This document shows positions 19,378 through 28,736 of a stretch of 46,850 nucleotides of DNA, piece after piece; position 1 is the first letter of the stretch; every line of letters begins with the position of its first letter. This DNA is from Myxococcota bacterium (lineage in GTDB: Bacteria; Myxococcota_C; UBA6777), in contig JAKLKB010000108.1 in NCBI GenBank assembly GCA_023150835.1, forward strand, positions 1 to 46,850, written 5' to 3'. The notes beneath the pieces were generated by a model. The model worked only from the letters and a program-made list of their open reading frames with translations, was not told the origin of the DNA and made no database searches. The position numbers and the translations under genes were made by a program.

Positions 19378-20187
19378 GCAAAATGCCAACAACAACGCTG
19401 CCACCACGTAGATCCCGATCATCTCGTTGGCAAAGTCTTTCTTCCAAAAGCTAAAGGCTGTGCCAAAGGAGCGTTTGACTTTGATCGCCTTGCCATCGAA
19501 GTCTACAGAATAGATCTCGTCGAGGATCAAGTGCGAAAGCGCACCAAGCATCGCACAAGCCGCAAGCGCCAGCCGATCAGGCCAAGAGAATCGGTACATA
19601 AAGAGGTAGACCAGTTCGGCGTACACAAGGGCCACAGGCACGCTGTGGATCGCCCCTCGGTGGACTGTGATCGTCCGAAATATCGGCAGGCTGACTTGAA
19701 CCAAGATCGCGATCCCAACCATCAGCAGCCACGTTTGTACCCACGGCATCGGAAGCTGCTTAAAGAAAAACAGCGCAGGGATGGCGCAGATCGCCGCCAC
19801 AAGGATCGCTCGAAACGCCTCTCGAATGTACGTTCGCGTCACATGCTTTTTGCTGTAATCCCAAGGATAGAGCTGCTTGAAACCGAGATGCAGCAGCGAG
19901 TGGCAAGGGAATAACACGGCCAGACTCCAGAGTGTCCAACTTTCCCTTGCTTGGCCGTACACCGTGAGCGTGAGGACGGGGATAAAGGTAGAAAGCATCG
20001 CCGCGATGGTGTCGAGCGCGTGCCCTGTGTCGTGATCGACGTCTGGGATCATCCCCCCCACAAATCCCAAAAAAGCGCCTAGCGGTAAAACTTGCCATCC
20101 CACAACTGGATAAGCCATCTTGGCCGTTGCTGCGGCACTTACGCCGATCACTGTACCCCATGCGATATGTGTTTGATAATTCGCCAT
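19366..20187 (-). CDS. Membrane metal-dependent hydrolase (YdjM/DUF457-like)
   Basis: MANYQTH, PDVDH, HRGAIHS and SHLILDE motifs with multiple TM helices. ATG 20187 follows GGAGG. Confidence 0.85.
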   Translation of the reverse strand: MANYQTHIAWGTVIGVSAAATAKMAYPVVGWQVLPLGAFLGFVGGMIPDVDHDTGHALDTIAAMLSTFIPVLTLTVYGQARESWTLWSLAVLFPCHSLLHLGFKQLYPWDYSKKHVTRTYIREAFRAILVAAICAIPALFFFKQLPMPWVQTWLLMVGIAILVQVSLPIFRTITVHRGAIHSVPVALVYAELVYLFMYRFSWPDRLALAACAMLGALSHLILDEIYSVDFDGKAIKVKRSFGTAFSFWKKDFANEMIGIYVVAALLLAFCLFV

Positions 20188-20332
20188 CTGCCCTCCAAAG
20201 CCCGTTCGTGGTTGGGTGGTGCTTGTCTCGTGGTTGTGCGAACATGCACACAAAAGTTTCAGCGTGAGATCTTGGCGGTCTTGCCTTGGATCTTCAACCC
20301 CCCCATCTGCTTTCCATCCCCCGTCGTGTGCG

Positions 20333-21064
20333 CTAGTTGGCTGCTTTGCACCGCTTTTGAGCGTCGAGACAATCTTTTTGTGCGTTGACGCAGCTTGTTT
20401 GAAACGTGGGGCGTTCGGGATGTCGTGCTGCGATCTTGCAGATCCGCTCACTGATGCGGCAGATCATCTGCGCAGACCGACAGATCCGCTCTTTTGGGGT
20501 CAGTTGGCGATAAGCCATCGTGCGCGGCGGTGGTGGAGCCCACCAAGGCCGCGTACGAGTAATCTGTACGGCTTCTCGCCTTCTTTGTGGCTCGTCCTCC
20601 GTTTGAGGATGGCTCGGTTGTGCGCGGGGGGTGAGATCTTGTTGCTTGGCTGTGGTGGGGCGAGATTGCGATTGCTGCGAGCCGTTTGTCGCGCCCGCCC
20701 TAACGAGAGTCTCTTGATCTTTGGTGCCTTGTCTTTGGACCACCTTTCGGCCTTGGATCTCGTTGATCCATCCGCTCAGTTGGGCGATCTCGGTTTTTGC
20801 TTTTTCGATCTCGCTGGGGAGTCCTTCGTCCATTTTCTTGGAGACTCGGTAGTCCAATGCGCTCGGTGCATCCGAACGCATCGACTGTTTTGAGATCGAG
20901 CAACCCGCTAAACCCCACACGCTCAACACGATCACACACCATTCCCCGAACATTCTAAGAAGATGGCTCCCGCGTCTCGTAACGACTGTTCTGGGGCCGC
21001 TGGTGTCGTTTGCCTTCCATGATGCCATCCAACGGCCCGAGGGTTCGTACTTGTGGGCGATCAT
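20333..21064 (-). CDS. Putative lipoprotein with Cys-rich C-terminal domain
   Basis: ATGA overlap with the upstream stop. Lipobox GLAGC. C-terminus ICRSAQMICRISERIC...C...C...C. The true start may lie further downstream. Confidence 0.65.
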   Translation of the reverse strand: MIAHKYEPSGRWMASWKANDTSGPRTVVTRRGSHLLRMFGEWCVIVLSVWGLAGCSISKQSMRSDAPSALDYRVSKKMDEGLPSEIEKAKTEIAQLSGWINEIQGRKVVQRQGTKDQETLVRAGATNGSQQSQSRPTTAKQQDLTPRAQPSHPQTEDEPQRRREAVQITRTRPWWAPPPPRTMAYRQLTPKERICRSAQMICRISERICKIAARHPERPTFQTSCVNAQKDCLDAQKRCKAAN

Positions 21065-21684
21065 GGCTGTCTCCTTTGCGTCGCATCTTGCGGCGTACTC
21101 GGGCGAAGCACACCCGCTCCTTGTCTCGCTTGTTGCACGCGGCGGATCACTTCTTTGTTGATCTCGATCGATCGTTGGTACGCAACCAAAGCCGCTTCGA
21201 GTTTTTTTCGCTGCTCCAAGATCTGCCCTTGGATGTGATAAAGCTGCGCAAGATAAAATGATGCGGTCTCGTTGCCATAACGCTGTAGCGCCCGTTGGAT
21301 CACTTCTTCGGCCTGTTGCCCTCTCCCCAAACGAAGCAACACCGAAGCCTTGCGGCCCCACGCATCCAAGATCGCCTCTTGCCCTGCCTCAAACGTCCGA
21401 TCGATCGGTAGATCCAACACCGCATCCAGTTCTCTTAGTCCGCGCTCGACTTGTTTTTGCTCGAAAAGCACCGAAGCGCGGCGGTGATGGCTTCGTGCGA
21501 TCAACAATACCGATAATTCCGCCTCTTGGCGTTTGCGCTGTTCTTTGCGGATCTGTTGCTGCCGCACTCCGTCGCTCGCTTCCTCGTGGCCCTTGGTGGT
21601 GCAGCCCCATCCCAAGGCCAAGACCGCGACCCAGCACCAAATGCCCCAGCGCTCCAAACGCAAACTCCCGTATTTAGCGCACAT
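21061..21684 (-). CDS. TPR-like lipoprotein
   Basis: Lipobox-like LGWGC and TPR-like helices (LAQLYHIQGQILEQRKKLEAALVAYQRSIE). Confidence 0.7.
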   Translation of the reverse strand: MCAKYGSLRLERWGIWCWVAVLALGWGCTTKGHEEASDGVRQQQIRKEQRKRQEAELSVLLIARSHHRRASVLFEQKQVERGLRELDAVLDLPIDRTFEAGQEAILDAWGRKASVLLRLGRGQQAEEVIQRALQRYGNETASFYLAQLYHIQGQILEQRKKLEAALVAYQRSIEINKEVIRRVQQARQGAGVLRPSTPQDATQRRQP

Positions 21685-22372
21685 TCGATGCCCCCAGATC
21701 TTCAATCCATTGATCTTGGCGCTGCTCTCGATAATAGCGCAACACATGACCCAAACGCTCCGAAGCATCCCGAGTCACCGCAAACGGATCCACTCCATTC
21801 GGCCACGGACCCTGTGCCGCCGCTGAGATCTCAACCTTCGTAAGCCTCGATGATGGCGGCTTTTCGATGTTCCATACACCCGCTACCACCCACATCACGC
21901 AGCCCAACGCCGCCAAACCCCACACGGGCCGCCATGCCGACACAGGCCGCCACACCGAGGCTTGCTGCAACCATGACACCCAACGCGACCACCACCACTC
22001 TGCTCGGTTCTCGGTATCCGCTTTTTTCTCGACATAGGCGGCCTCGACGACCCTCAAGCGATCCGCCGAAGAAACCGAAGACTCAAGGATGCGCTCGATC
22101 GGGATCGCAAGCGCCGAACCAAACAGCGCATCTCCGATCCTTGCAAAAGCCTCTTTCGATAAGGTCGCAGGGAGCGCGCTGTGACGCAGCAAGCCAGCCA
22201 TCTCGCCTGCTTTCTCTGCGTCGATCTCTGCCTCGATCCCTGCGCCGATCTCTTCGTAGCCTTCGCCTTTTTCTATCTCCCACAACGCCTCTTCCTCCCA
22301 CATCGCATCCATCGTACGCAACGCGGTCTTGCTTGGCTTCTCTTGTTTTTCTTTCGGATCACTCGCCGTCAT
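21674..22372 (-). CDS. Putative anti-sigma factor (single TM)
   Basis: Overlaps the end of the ECF sigma gene. One TM helix (WGLAALGCVMWVVAGVW). SD GAGGAG. Confidence 0.6.
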   Translation of the reverse strand: MTASDPKEKQEKPSKTALRTMDAMWEEEALWEIEKGEGYEEIGAGIEAEIDAEKAGEMAGLLRHSALPATLSKEAFARIGDALFGSALAIPIERILESSVSSADRLRVVEAAYVEKKADTENRAEWWWSRWVSWLQQASVWRPVSAWRPVWGLAALGCVMWVVAGVWNIEKPPSSRLTKVEISAAAQGPWPNGVDPFAVTRDASERLGHVLRYYREQRQDQWIEDLGASNVR

Positions 22373-22973
22373 GGCGCTCCTCCTCTTCTTCCCAACACCG
22401 ACGAAACGACAACAACGCCCGATGCAACAGCACATCAAAGGTTCCTAGCTTGATATCGAGCGCCGAGGCACAGTCTTCGCGGCTCTTTTCTTCAAACAAA
22501 CGCATCTTCAACGCCAGACGATAGCGCGGATTCAGCCGTTCCATCAGGCGATGCACCCGCTCTTTTAACAAACGCTGCTCTTGATCCTCACTCAACAACC
22601 GCTCCGCCGTGTCCGAAGGTGTAAGCTGATCGAGCATCTCACGATAAGCCCCTTGACCTCGCGCTTCCCTCTGGCGTCTTCGATGCACATCCAACGCCCG
22701 ATTCCGTGCGATCCGCGCCAACCACGGAAAGATCCCGTACGCTGGATTCCACGCATACGTCCCGATCTTTTCCATCGCCGTCGCAAAAGTCTCTTTCAAA
22801 AGATCCTCCGCCATTCCTACATCCGCCACCGACGGGTAGATCACTTGACGATACAACCGCTCCGCAAAGGCCCGATAAAGCGCTGCCATCGCCGCACGAT
22901 CTCCTTGCTGTGCAACCCTCACCAGCGCCTCTTCGGTCTCTCTTGATAACGTCTTCTCTGCTTCGCTACGCAT
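22359..22973 (-). CDS. ECF RNA polymerase sigma factor
   Basis: AQQGDRAA, AEDLLKETF and WLARIARNRALD (region 2). LNPRYR...CASALDIKLGT (region 4). Confidence 0.92.
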   Translation of the reverse strand: MRSEAEKTLSRETEEALVRVAQQGDRAAMAALYRAFAERLYRQVIYPSVADVGMAEDLLKETFATAMEKIGTYAWNPAYGIFPWLARIARNRALDVHRRRQREARGQGAYREMLDQLTPSDTAERLLSEDQEQRLLKERVHRLMERLNPRYRLALKMRLFEEKSREDCASALDIKLGTFDVLLHRALLSFRRCWEEEEERHDGE

Positions 22974-23181
22974 CGCTCTTGCTAACTTCTACGCCCGATC
23001 TCACAGCCATCCTGCCGCCTTAACGCTCACCGTTTGTTTTCCTTACATCGGATTTGGGTTCGCCGTTTGTTGTTCTTCTCAAAGCATCGTTTTCAACTAG
23101 ACTTCGTTGGGAGTATCACTCCTGCTTGTTTTTTTCTCGGCAGGACGGGCTTTTTAAACTCTACTAAAAAGTAGGAGAATT

Positions 23182-24558
23182 GTGCTCAACTTCGCTTTCT
23201 GCCAAAACGATAATGGTTTGGAAAGAGCCATCTCAGCTTTTTGGCAAGAAAAGGGCAGAATACACTTGAACACAAGATTGTCGACAACACATCGGAGATA
23301 TCGGGCTTGGCTCTCGTGGATGACGAGCTTGTTTTTCTTGGGAAGCGGGATTTGGGGGGCGGGCTTTGGATGCACAACGCCTACATCGACCGAACCATCC
23401 GCCGAAACCGCCCAAGAATCCGAAACCACCGACGGCGCACCCGCAGACGTCTCCCCTGAGAACAACCCCGACCAAATCGCGATCCTCAAACCCAAAGTCA
23501 TCGCCACGATCTCGCCCGAAGTGACGGTCTTTCCGTTGCCTGAAAAACTCAAGGGCAAAGAGGTGTTGCGCTTTGCCAGCGTTTCGGGCGGAGACACCTT
23601 GATCGGCGGAGTCGGTGGCTTTTTTGTTCTCAAAGAAAAGACTTTTACTCTCGCAAGCGATCAAGTCGATGTGATCGGCATCGCTCCTTGGTTGCAGGGC
23701 GGGTTTGCCGTCGCAACTTCCGATCGCATCTACCTTTGGGACAGCCAACTCCAGACCACGCTTTTGCATCAACAACTCGCAAACAGCCCGATCACCGCGT
23801 TGGCGGCTTATCGCGAAGGCTCTCTTTGGATCGGAACCCGCGACAAGCTCTGGCGCTATGAAAATGAGCGTCTTGTTTCTTTCGATGATATCAAAGGTGT
23901 GCGCTCTCTTTTGTGGATCGCCTCTCTCAAAACGTTGATCGTCAAAAACCTCGATGGGATGGACGTGATCCTCCGACAAGACGATCTTGGACGATGGCAA
24001 CAACGCAGCTTTGAAAGCGAAGGCGTTGCGTTGCGCGAAACCACCGCTGCATGGTGGCCTTATCGCATCCAACCCAACGAAAAAAACGAGGAGACGCTGG
24101 CGTTGCAACAGATCGCCCTCGAAGCCACTTCGGGCTTTGCGTGGGTCTTCACTCCGACTGAGCTTTTCCGCATCGAAGGAGATGACGCCTCCAAGATGCC
24201 CCGACCTTCCGCCATATCCGCTGATATCTCGTTGATCCACAGCGCAAGTGACGGAACGCTTTGGGTTGCCGATCGCCAAAACCTCGTTCGCATCGGACAA
24301 GCCACCTCTTCTATCACTTACAGCCAACATATCGCACCGTTTCTCTCGAAGACGCGATGCACCAACTGCCACGCAAGTGTGGGTGGTCAAGCTTTCCCCC
24401 TCGAAACGTACGAACAAGTCAAGCCACGCGCACAAAAGATCGTGGATGCACTCAGCGCCGCGCCCGGTGTCCTCGCCATGCCCCCCGCAGGTTATCCCCT
24501 TGTGGGCGGAGACGCCGCCTTGATCGAGCGCTGGATCAAAGATGGTTCGAAAGAATAA
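23182..24558 (+). CDS. Lipoprotein with beta-propeller-like region and C-terminal monoheme cytochrome c
   Basis: GFGC lipobox-like motif, SLWIGT / TLWVAD blade motifs, CTNCH heme motif with distal MPP. Start uncertain, probably downstream of 23182. Confidence 0.7.
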   Translation: MLNFAFCQNDNGLERAISAFWQEKGRIHLNTRLSTTHRRYRAWLSWMTSLFFLGSGIWGAGFGCTTPTSTEPSAETAQESETTDGAPADVSPENNPDQIAILKPKVIATISPEVTVFPLPEKLKGKEVLRFASVSGGDTLIGGVGGFFVLKEKTFTLASDQVDVIGIAPWLQGGFAVATSDRIYLWDSQLQTTLLHQQLANSPITALAAYREGSLWIGTRDKLWRYENERLVSFDDIKGVRSLLWIASLKTLIVKNLDGMDVILRQDDLGRWQQRSFESEGVALRETTAAWWPYRIQPNEKNEETLALQQIALEATSGFAWVFTPTELFRIEGDDASKMPRPSAISADISLIHSASDGTLWVADRQNLVRIGQATSSITYSQHIAPFLSKTRCTNCHASVGGQAFPLETYEQVKPRAQKIVDALSAAPGVLAMPPAGYPLVGGDAALIERWIKDGSKE

Positions 24559-24629
24559 CTCGCTTTTGCTGGCGAAGACATCGTGTGCCGCCCCACGATC
24601 TTCGCGTCCTTTGGGCGTTGGAGTCCGAG

Positions 24630-26264
24630 ATGAGAACCCGCACCCTCTTGTTCTCTTTGCTGTGCGTCGGAGGACTGGCCTTGTTTGGCTTGGCCTCTTC
24701 TCAAGCACAGGTCTGCGAGGCGGTTGAACCCCAGATCGCCTTGCAATACCTTCGTCGCCTCAGTTTGGATCTTCGCGGTCGTTTGCCTTCGTATGAAGAG
24801 TTAGAAAAAGTCTCCAAGGACAAACAAGTCCCTGACGAGATGATCGACAAGATGATCCAATCCCCCGAGATCTTGGAGCAGTTGCACGCTTATCACCGCG
24901 ATCTGTTGTGGGCCAACTTTGAAAACCTCCGCATCTCTAACCAAAACTGGCGACTCGATCCGATGTCTGGCAGCATCTATCGCACCACCAGCACCACGCG
25001 GCGCCTTTATTATCGTGGAACCGACCGCACCGAATGTCTCAATGAACCCGCCAAATACGACACTTCGGGCAACCTACTCTGCAAAAAAGCCGATGGTTCC
25101 TATGAGTCCTGCAAAGCCATCCAGATCCGACGCAACCTCGCCCTCGGCGAAGTCGGCCAAGAAGGCTACGTCATGGTCGCGCCCTATTGGGATCCCACGA
25201 TCAAAGTCAAAGTCTGCGCGCTCGATGCCCAAGACGCTACACAAGCCGATTGGGGCGGTCGTACCTTCAATTGCGAAACCGACGTCCGTCCCACTTGTGG
25301 GTGCGGCCCTGATCTGCGTTGGTGCTTTAACAGCAGCGTCTCTGAACGCGAAGTCAACGGCGCTCTCGTCGATCAAATGCTCCGATTCACCGAAGATATC
25401 GTCCGAAACAACCGCCCTTACACCGAGATCATGCTCGGAAACCAAGTCGAAGTGAACGGGCCGATCTCTCACTTCCTCCGCTATCAGTCCAAGACCAGCA
25501 CCGTCTTTGGCTCTCCCGAAGTCGACTACACCATCCCCGAGATCCCTTACGCTCAAAAAGAAACATGGGTCAAAGTCCGACGCAGCGGCCTTCATGCAGG
25601 CATCCTGACGCTCCCCGGATTCCTTCTCAAATTCGGCTCCAACCGTGGACGCGCCAACCGCTTTTACAACGCTTTTCTCTGCCAGTTCTTTCAAGCTCCC
25701 CCCGGCGGACTTCCCGCTGCCAACGACAACTGCCACGTCGAACCCAACCTGATGAAGCGTTGCGGATGCAACTTTTGCCACCAAGCCGTCGAACCCGCAG
25801 CCGCCCATTGGGGGCGCTTTGCAGAAGCTGGTTTCTCCCCACTCACCGACCTTTCCAAGTATCCCAAGTTTGATCCCAACTGCGCCAAGCCCAGCGCCAG
25901 CGGAAACGCCAATTGCCGCCGACTCTACTTTATTTCCCCCAATCACCCAGACGAAGAGCGTTATCGCGGGATGCTGTTGTCGTATTTGTTTGCCGATGCC
26001 CATCCCGCCGGCAAACACTTTGAGCAAAATATCGAGCAAGGCCCGCGCCTTATCGCCAACGAAGCCATCCAAAGCGGCAAGTTTGCCGCCTGCACCACCC
26101 GCAAGATGTGGGGATGGTTTGTGGGGACGGAACTCCAACCCCAACAAGAACAGCGCATCTCCCAATACGCCGAACGTTTCAAACAATCGGGTTACAACTT
26201 GCTCACCTTGGTCAAAGCGCTGGTCTCCAGCGAAGAATACCGCCAAGGCCGTCTGACGAAATAA
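24630..26264 (+). CDS. Secreted DUF1549/DUF1588/DUF1585-like protein with CxxCH
   Basis: Signal peptide, YLRRLSLDLRGRLPS, GILTLPGFL...RGRAN, CNFCH, and C-terminal FKQSGYNLLTLVKALVSSEEY. Confidence 0.75.
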   Translation: MRTRTLLFSLLCVGGLALFGLASSQAQVCEAVEPQIALQYLRRLSLDLRGRLPSYEELEKVSKDKQVPDEMIDKMIQSPEILEQLHAYHRDLLWANFENLRISNQNWRLDPMSGSIYRTTSTTRRLYYRGTDRTECLNEPAKYDTSGNLLCKKADGSYESCKAIQIRRNLALGEVGQEGYVMVAPYWDPTIKVKVCALDAQDATQADWGGRTFNCETDVRPTCGCGPDLRWCFNSSVSEREVNGALVDQMLRFTEDIVRNNRPYTEIMLGNQVEVNGPISHFLRYQSKTSTVFGSPEVDYTIPEIPYAQKETWVKVRRSGLHAGILTLPGFLLKFGSNRGRANRFYNAFLCQFFQAPPGGLPAANDNCHVEPNLMKRCGCNFCHQAVEPAAAHWGRFAEAGFSPLTDLSKYPKFDPNCAKPSASGNANCRRLYFISPNHPDEERYRGMLLSYLFADAHPAGKHFEQNIEQGPRLIANEAIQSGKFAACTTRKMWGWFVGTELQPQQEQRISQYAERFKQSGYNLLTLVKALVSSEEYRQGRLTK

Positions 26265-26275
26265 GGAGGACTCTC

Positions 26276-27016
26276 ATGCGGTATCTTGCTCGCCTTTTTG
26301 CGACTCTGGCGCTCGCGACCACGCTGATCGCTTGTCAACAATCGACGCCAAACAACCCCAACAATCCGAACAATCCGAACAATCCGAACAGTCCGAACAA
26401 AACACCCTCCCCCACCGATCCGCGCAGCAACAAGACCTTTCCTACACCCACAAGCGGCACAGAACCCAAGCACTTTGATGACCATTGGAAAAGCGCGACC
26501 ACCCAAGACGGAAACCATGCGCAGATCACGCCTTATCATGGCCGCCATGCCCGCCGTTTGAGCATCGAGCAGATCAAAAAATCCATCCCTCAACTGTTCA
26601 ACGGGCTGACGTGGACGGATAGCGCAAATGCCAATATGTTCGACAAATACGCTCTGACGCTCGGAAAAGCCGACTACATCGAAGTGACCGAAAACAATCG
26701 CGAAGCTTCCTCGTTGTTTATGAAGTTTATGGACGACATGGCGAGCTATGTTTGTTCAAAAGCGGTCGAAGCCGATCTCAAAAACCCCGATCTGATGAAA
26801 CGCAGCGTGATCCGCCACCCCGATGATGTCGATCAAACCTTACGCTTTTTGCGGCTCAAGTTTCATGCGGTGTTTGTTCCCAACACCTCGACCAAAGGCA
26901 TCGAAAAGCTGCGCAAGCTGCACGACGCTATCCGCACCAAAACCAACAGCGAAACCAAAGCGTGGACGGGCGTCTGTATCGCCATCGTCGCTTCTCCCGA
27001 CTTTTTCGCTTATTGA
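26276..27016 (+). CDS. Lipoprotein of a DUF1501-associated cluster
   Basis: SD AAGGAGG, lipobox LIAC, NNP repeats, RRLS motif, C-terminal CIAIVASPDFFAY. Confidence 0.8.
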   Translation: MRYLARLFATLALATTLIACQQSTPNNPNNPNNPNNPNSPNKTPSPTDPRSNKTFPTPTSGTEPKHFDDHWKSATTQDGNHAQITPYHGRHARRLSIEQIKKSIPQLFNGLTWTDSANANMFDKYALTLGKADYIEVTENNREASSLFMKFMDDMASYVCSKAVEADLKNPDLMKRSVIRHPDDVDQTLRFLRLKFHAVFVPNTSTKGIEKLRKLHDAIRTKTNSETKAWTGVCIAIVASPDFFAY

Positions 27017-27051
27017 TCCGCCCTTGACCTTCAGGACGTTAGGAGTCAGCT

Positions 27052-28434
27052 ATGTTTTTGTCACGTCGCTTTTTCCTTCAATCGCTTGGGCTTGGCGCGG
27101 CTGGATCGTTTTTTTTGGGCCCGTGGAAAGCCCCCAATCTGTATGCTGCCAGTGATCTGGATCGCCGCTTTGTGTTTTGTTATTTCAACGGAGGTTGGGA
27201 TACACTTTTGAGCTTGGACCCCCGTGAATACGGCTTTTCAGACACCGACAATGGAAAAGCTCGCGATCTGCGCGTGGAACCCGCCTATTATCGCTTGCGC
27301 ACCACCTTTACCGACGGAACAACCGTCAAGCGCGAGCTGCTTCAACCCAAAGGGTCAACGATCCTCTACGGACCTGCGATGGAGCCGATGACCCGTCACT
27401 TTGATCAGACTTGCATCGTGCGCGGCATCTCAATGGACACCGTCACGCACGAAGTGGGCCGTCGTTACTTCATTACCGGCTTGCCCCCGCGTGGCTTGCT
27501 TGCCAACGGCTCTTCCGCTGGAACGCGGATCGTCGCCCAACAAGGCAAAAAACGCCCGATCCCCAACCTTGCGGTGCGCGTCGAAAGTTACAACCAAGGG
27601 CTTCCCGCTTACGCAAGCGGTCTCAAAGTGACAACGGTGGATGATCTGTTGCGTATGCTTCGCGATGGCGAACGCGCTCCCGATGCAGAGGTGCGCACGC
27701 TGCTCGAAGCCTACCGCAAAGAAGCCGAGATCTGCGACCCTGTGGCATTGAACACTGACGGCTTGTTGACTTTGTTGCGCGGCGCACAAACCGATGCTCG
27801 CACACTAATCGAAGAAAAATTGACGGATCACTTCAGTTTTCTTGATGCCACAAAGCCAGAGATGGTCGCGATCAAAAACCGCTACGGCATCACCTCAATG
27901 GCTTCGCCCCAAGCCCAAGCCGCTCTGGCTTTTCAAACCCTCAAGTTCGATGTGGCACAAACCATCTCGATCGAACTTGCAAGCGGACTCGACACCCACT
28001 TTGAAAACTGGGAGACCGATCAACCCGAACGCCAGTACCAAGGTTGGAAAGCCCTTGCGCAGCTTGTGGATGATCTCAAAGCAGAACCCCACCCACGCGA
28101 TCCCTCTAAAAAGCTGATCGATACGACCACCGTCGTGGTGTTCAGCGAATTCGCCCGCACGCCCATGATCAACAACCGTGAAGGCCGAGACCATTGGCTC
28201 GTCAACAGCGCTCTGTTGCTTGGAGCAGGTGTCCCCCATAACAAAGTCGTGGGGGCCTCCACCGAACAAGGCATGAACGCGCTTGCCGTCGATCCGATCT
28301 CGGGACAACCCACCAAGTCAGGCGGCACCGTGATCAACCCCCGCTTGATCCTCGCCTCTTTGATGGAAGGCGCAGGATTCAGCACCGAAGATCTCCGTGT
28401 ATCGGGACTTCCTTGTCTAATGGACAAAGTCTGA
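27052..28434 (+). CDS. Tat-exported DUF1501-family protein
   Basis: SRRFFL Tat motif, FNGGWD, LDTH and FSEFARTP...GRDHW. Confidence 0.85.
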   Translation: MFLSRRFFLQSLGLGAAGSFFLGPWKAPNLYAASDLDRRFVFCYFNGGWDTLLSLDPREYGFSDTDNGKARDLRVEPAYYRLRTTFTDGTTVKRELLQPKGSTILYGPAMEPMTRHFDQTCIVRGISMDTVTHEVGRRYFITGLPPRGLLANGSSAGTRIVAQQGKKRPIPNLAVRVESYNQGLPAYASGLKVTTVDDLLRMLRDGERAPDAEVRTLLEAYRKEAEICDPVALNTDGLLTLLRGAQTDARTLIEEKLTDHFSFLDATKPEMVAIKNRYGITSMASPQAQAALAFQTLKFDVAQTISIELASGLDTHFENWETDQPERQYQGWKALAQLVDDLKAEPHPRDPSKKLIDTTTVVVFSEFARTPMINNREGRDHWLVNSALLLGAGVPHNKVVGASTEQGMNALAVDPISGQPTKSGGTVINPRLILASLMEGAGFSTEDLRVSGLPCLMDKV

Positions 28435-28488
28435 GCGGCTTCGAATTGCGTGGTGCCGTTGGTTTGTTTTTTTGGTTTCGCTTGGATC

Positions 28489-28545
28489 GGACTTACGCGG
28501 TTCGATGGTTTTGGTGGGGGGTCACCCCATACCCCGCCATACGGT
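28489..28545 (+). mobile_element. Degenerate MITE-family end
   Basis: GGACTTACGCGGTTCGAT matches the TIR end of the 1121-1236 element. It is followed by the GTGGGG...CCCCA hairpin seen in the other long copies. Confidence 0.55.
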
Positions 28546-28631
28546 GTTGCTTGAAGTGCCGCGAACGCGGGGGGTTTTGCCAACCGCGTGATCGCAATGT
28601 CGATGCGATCCTCTACCATCGCCCTGTCCTT

Positions 28632-28678
28632 GGGCGGCCACTGCCCCTACGTTTTGCGATCACGCTGTGGGTGGATTT
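28632..28678 (-). repeat. Internally deleted REP-like copy
   Basis: CTGCCCCTACGTTTTGCGATCACGCT is identical to 13624-13649. Confidence 0.7.
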
Positions 28679-28736
28679 TGTATGATACCTGTGCTAGAGA
28701 GACTTTTGTTTTGTCTTGTGGCACAGGGGGAATTTG

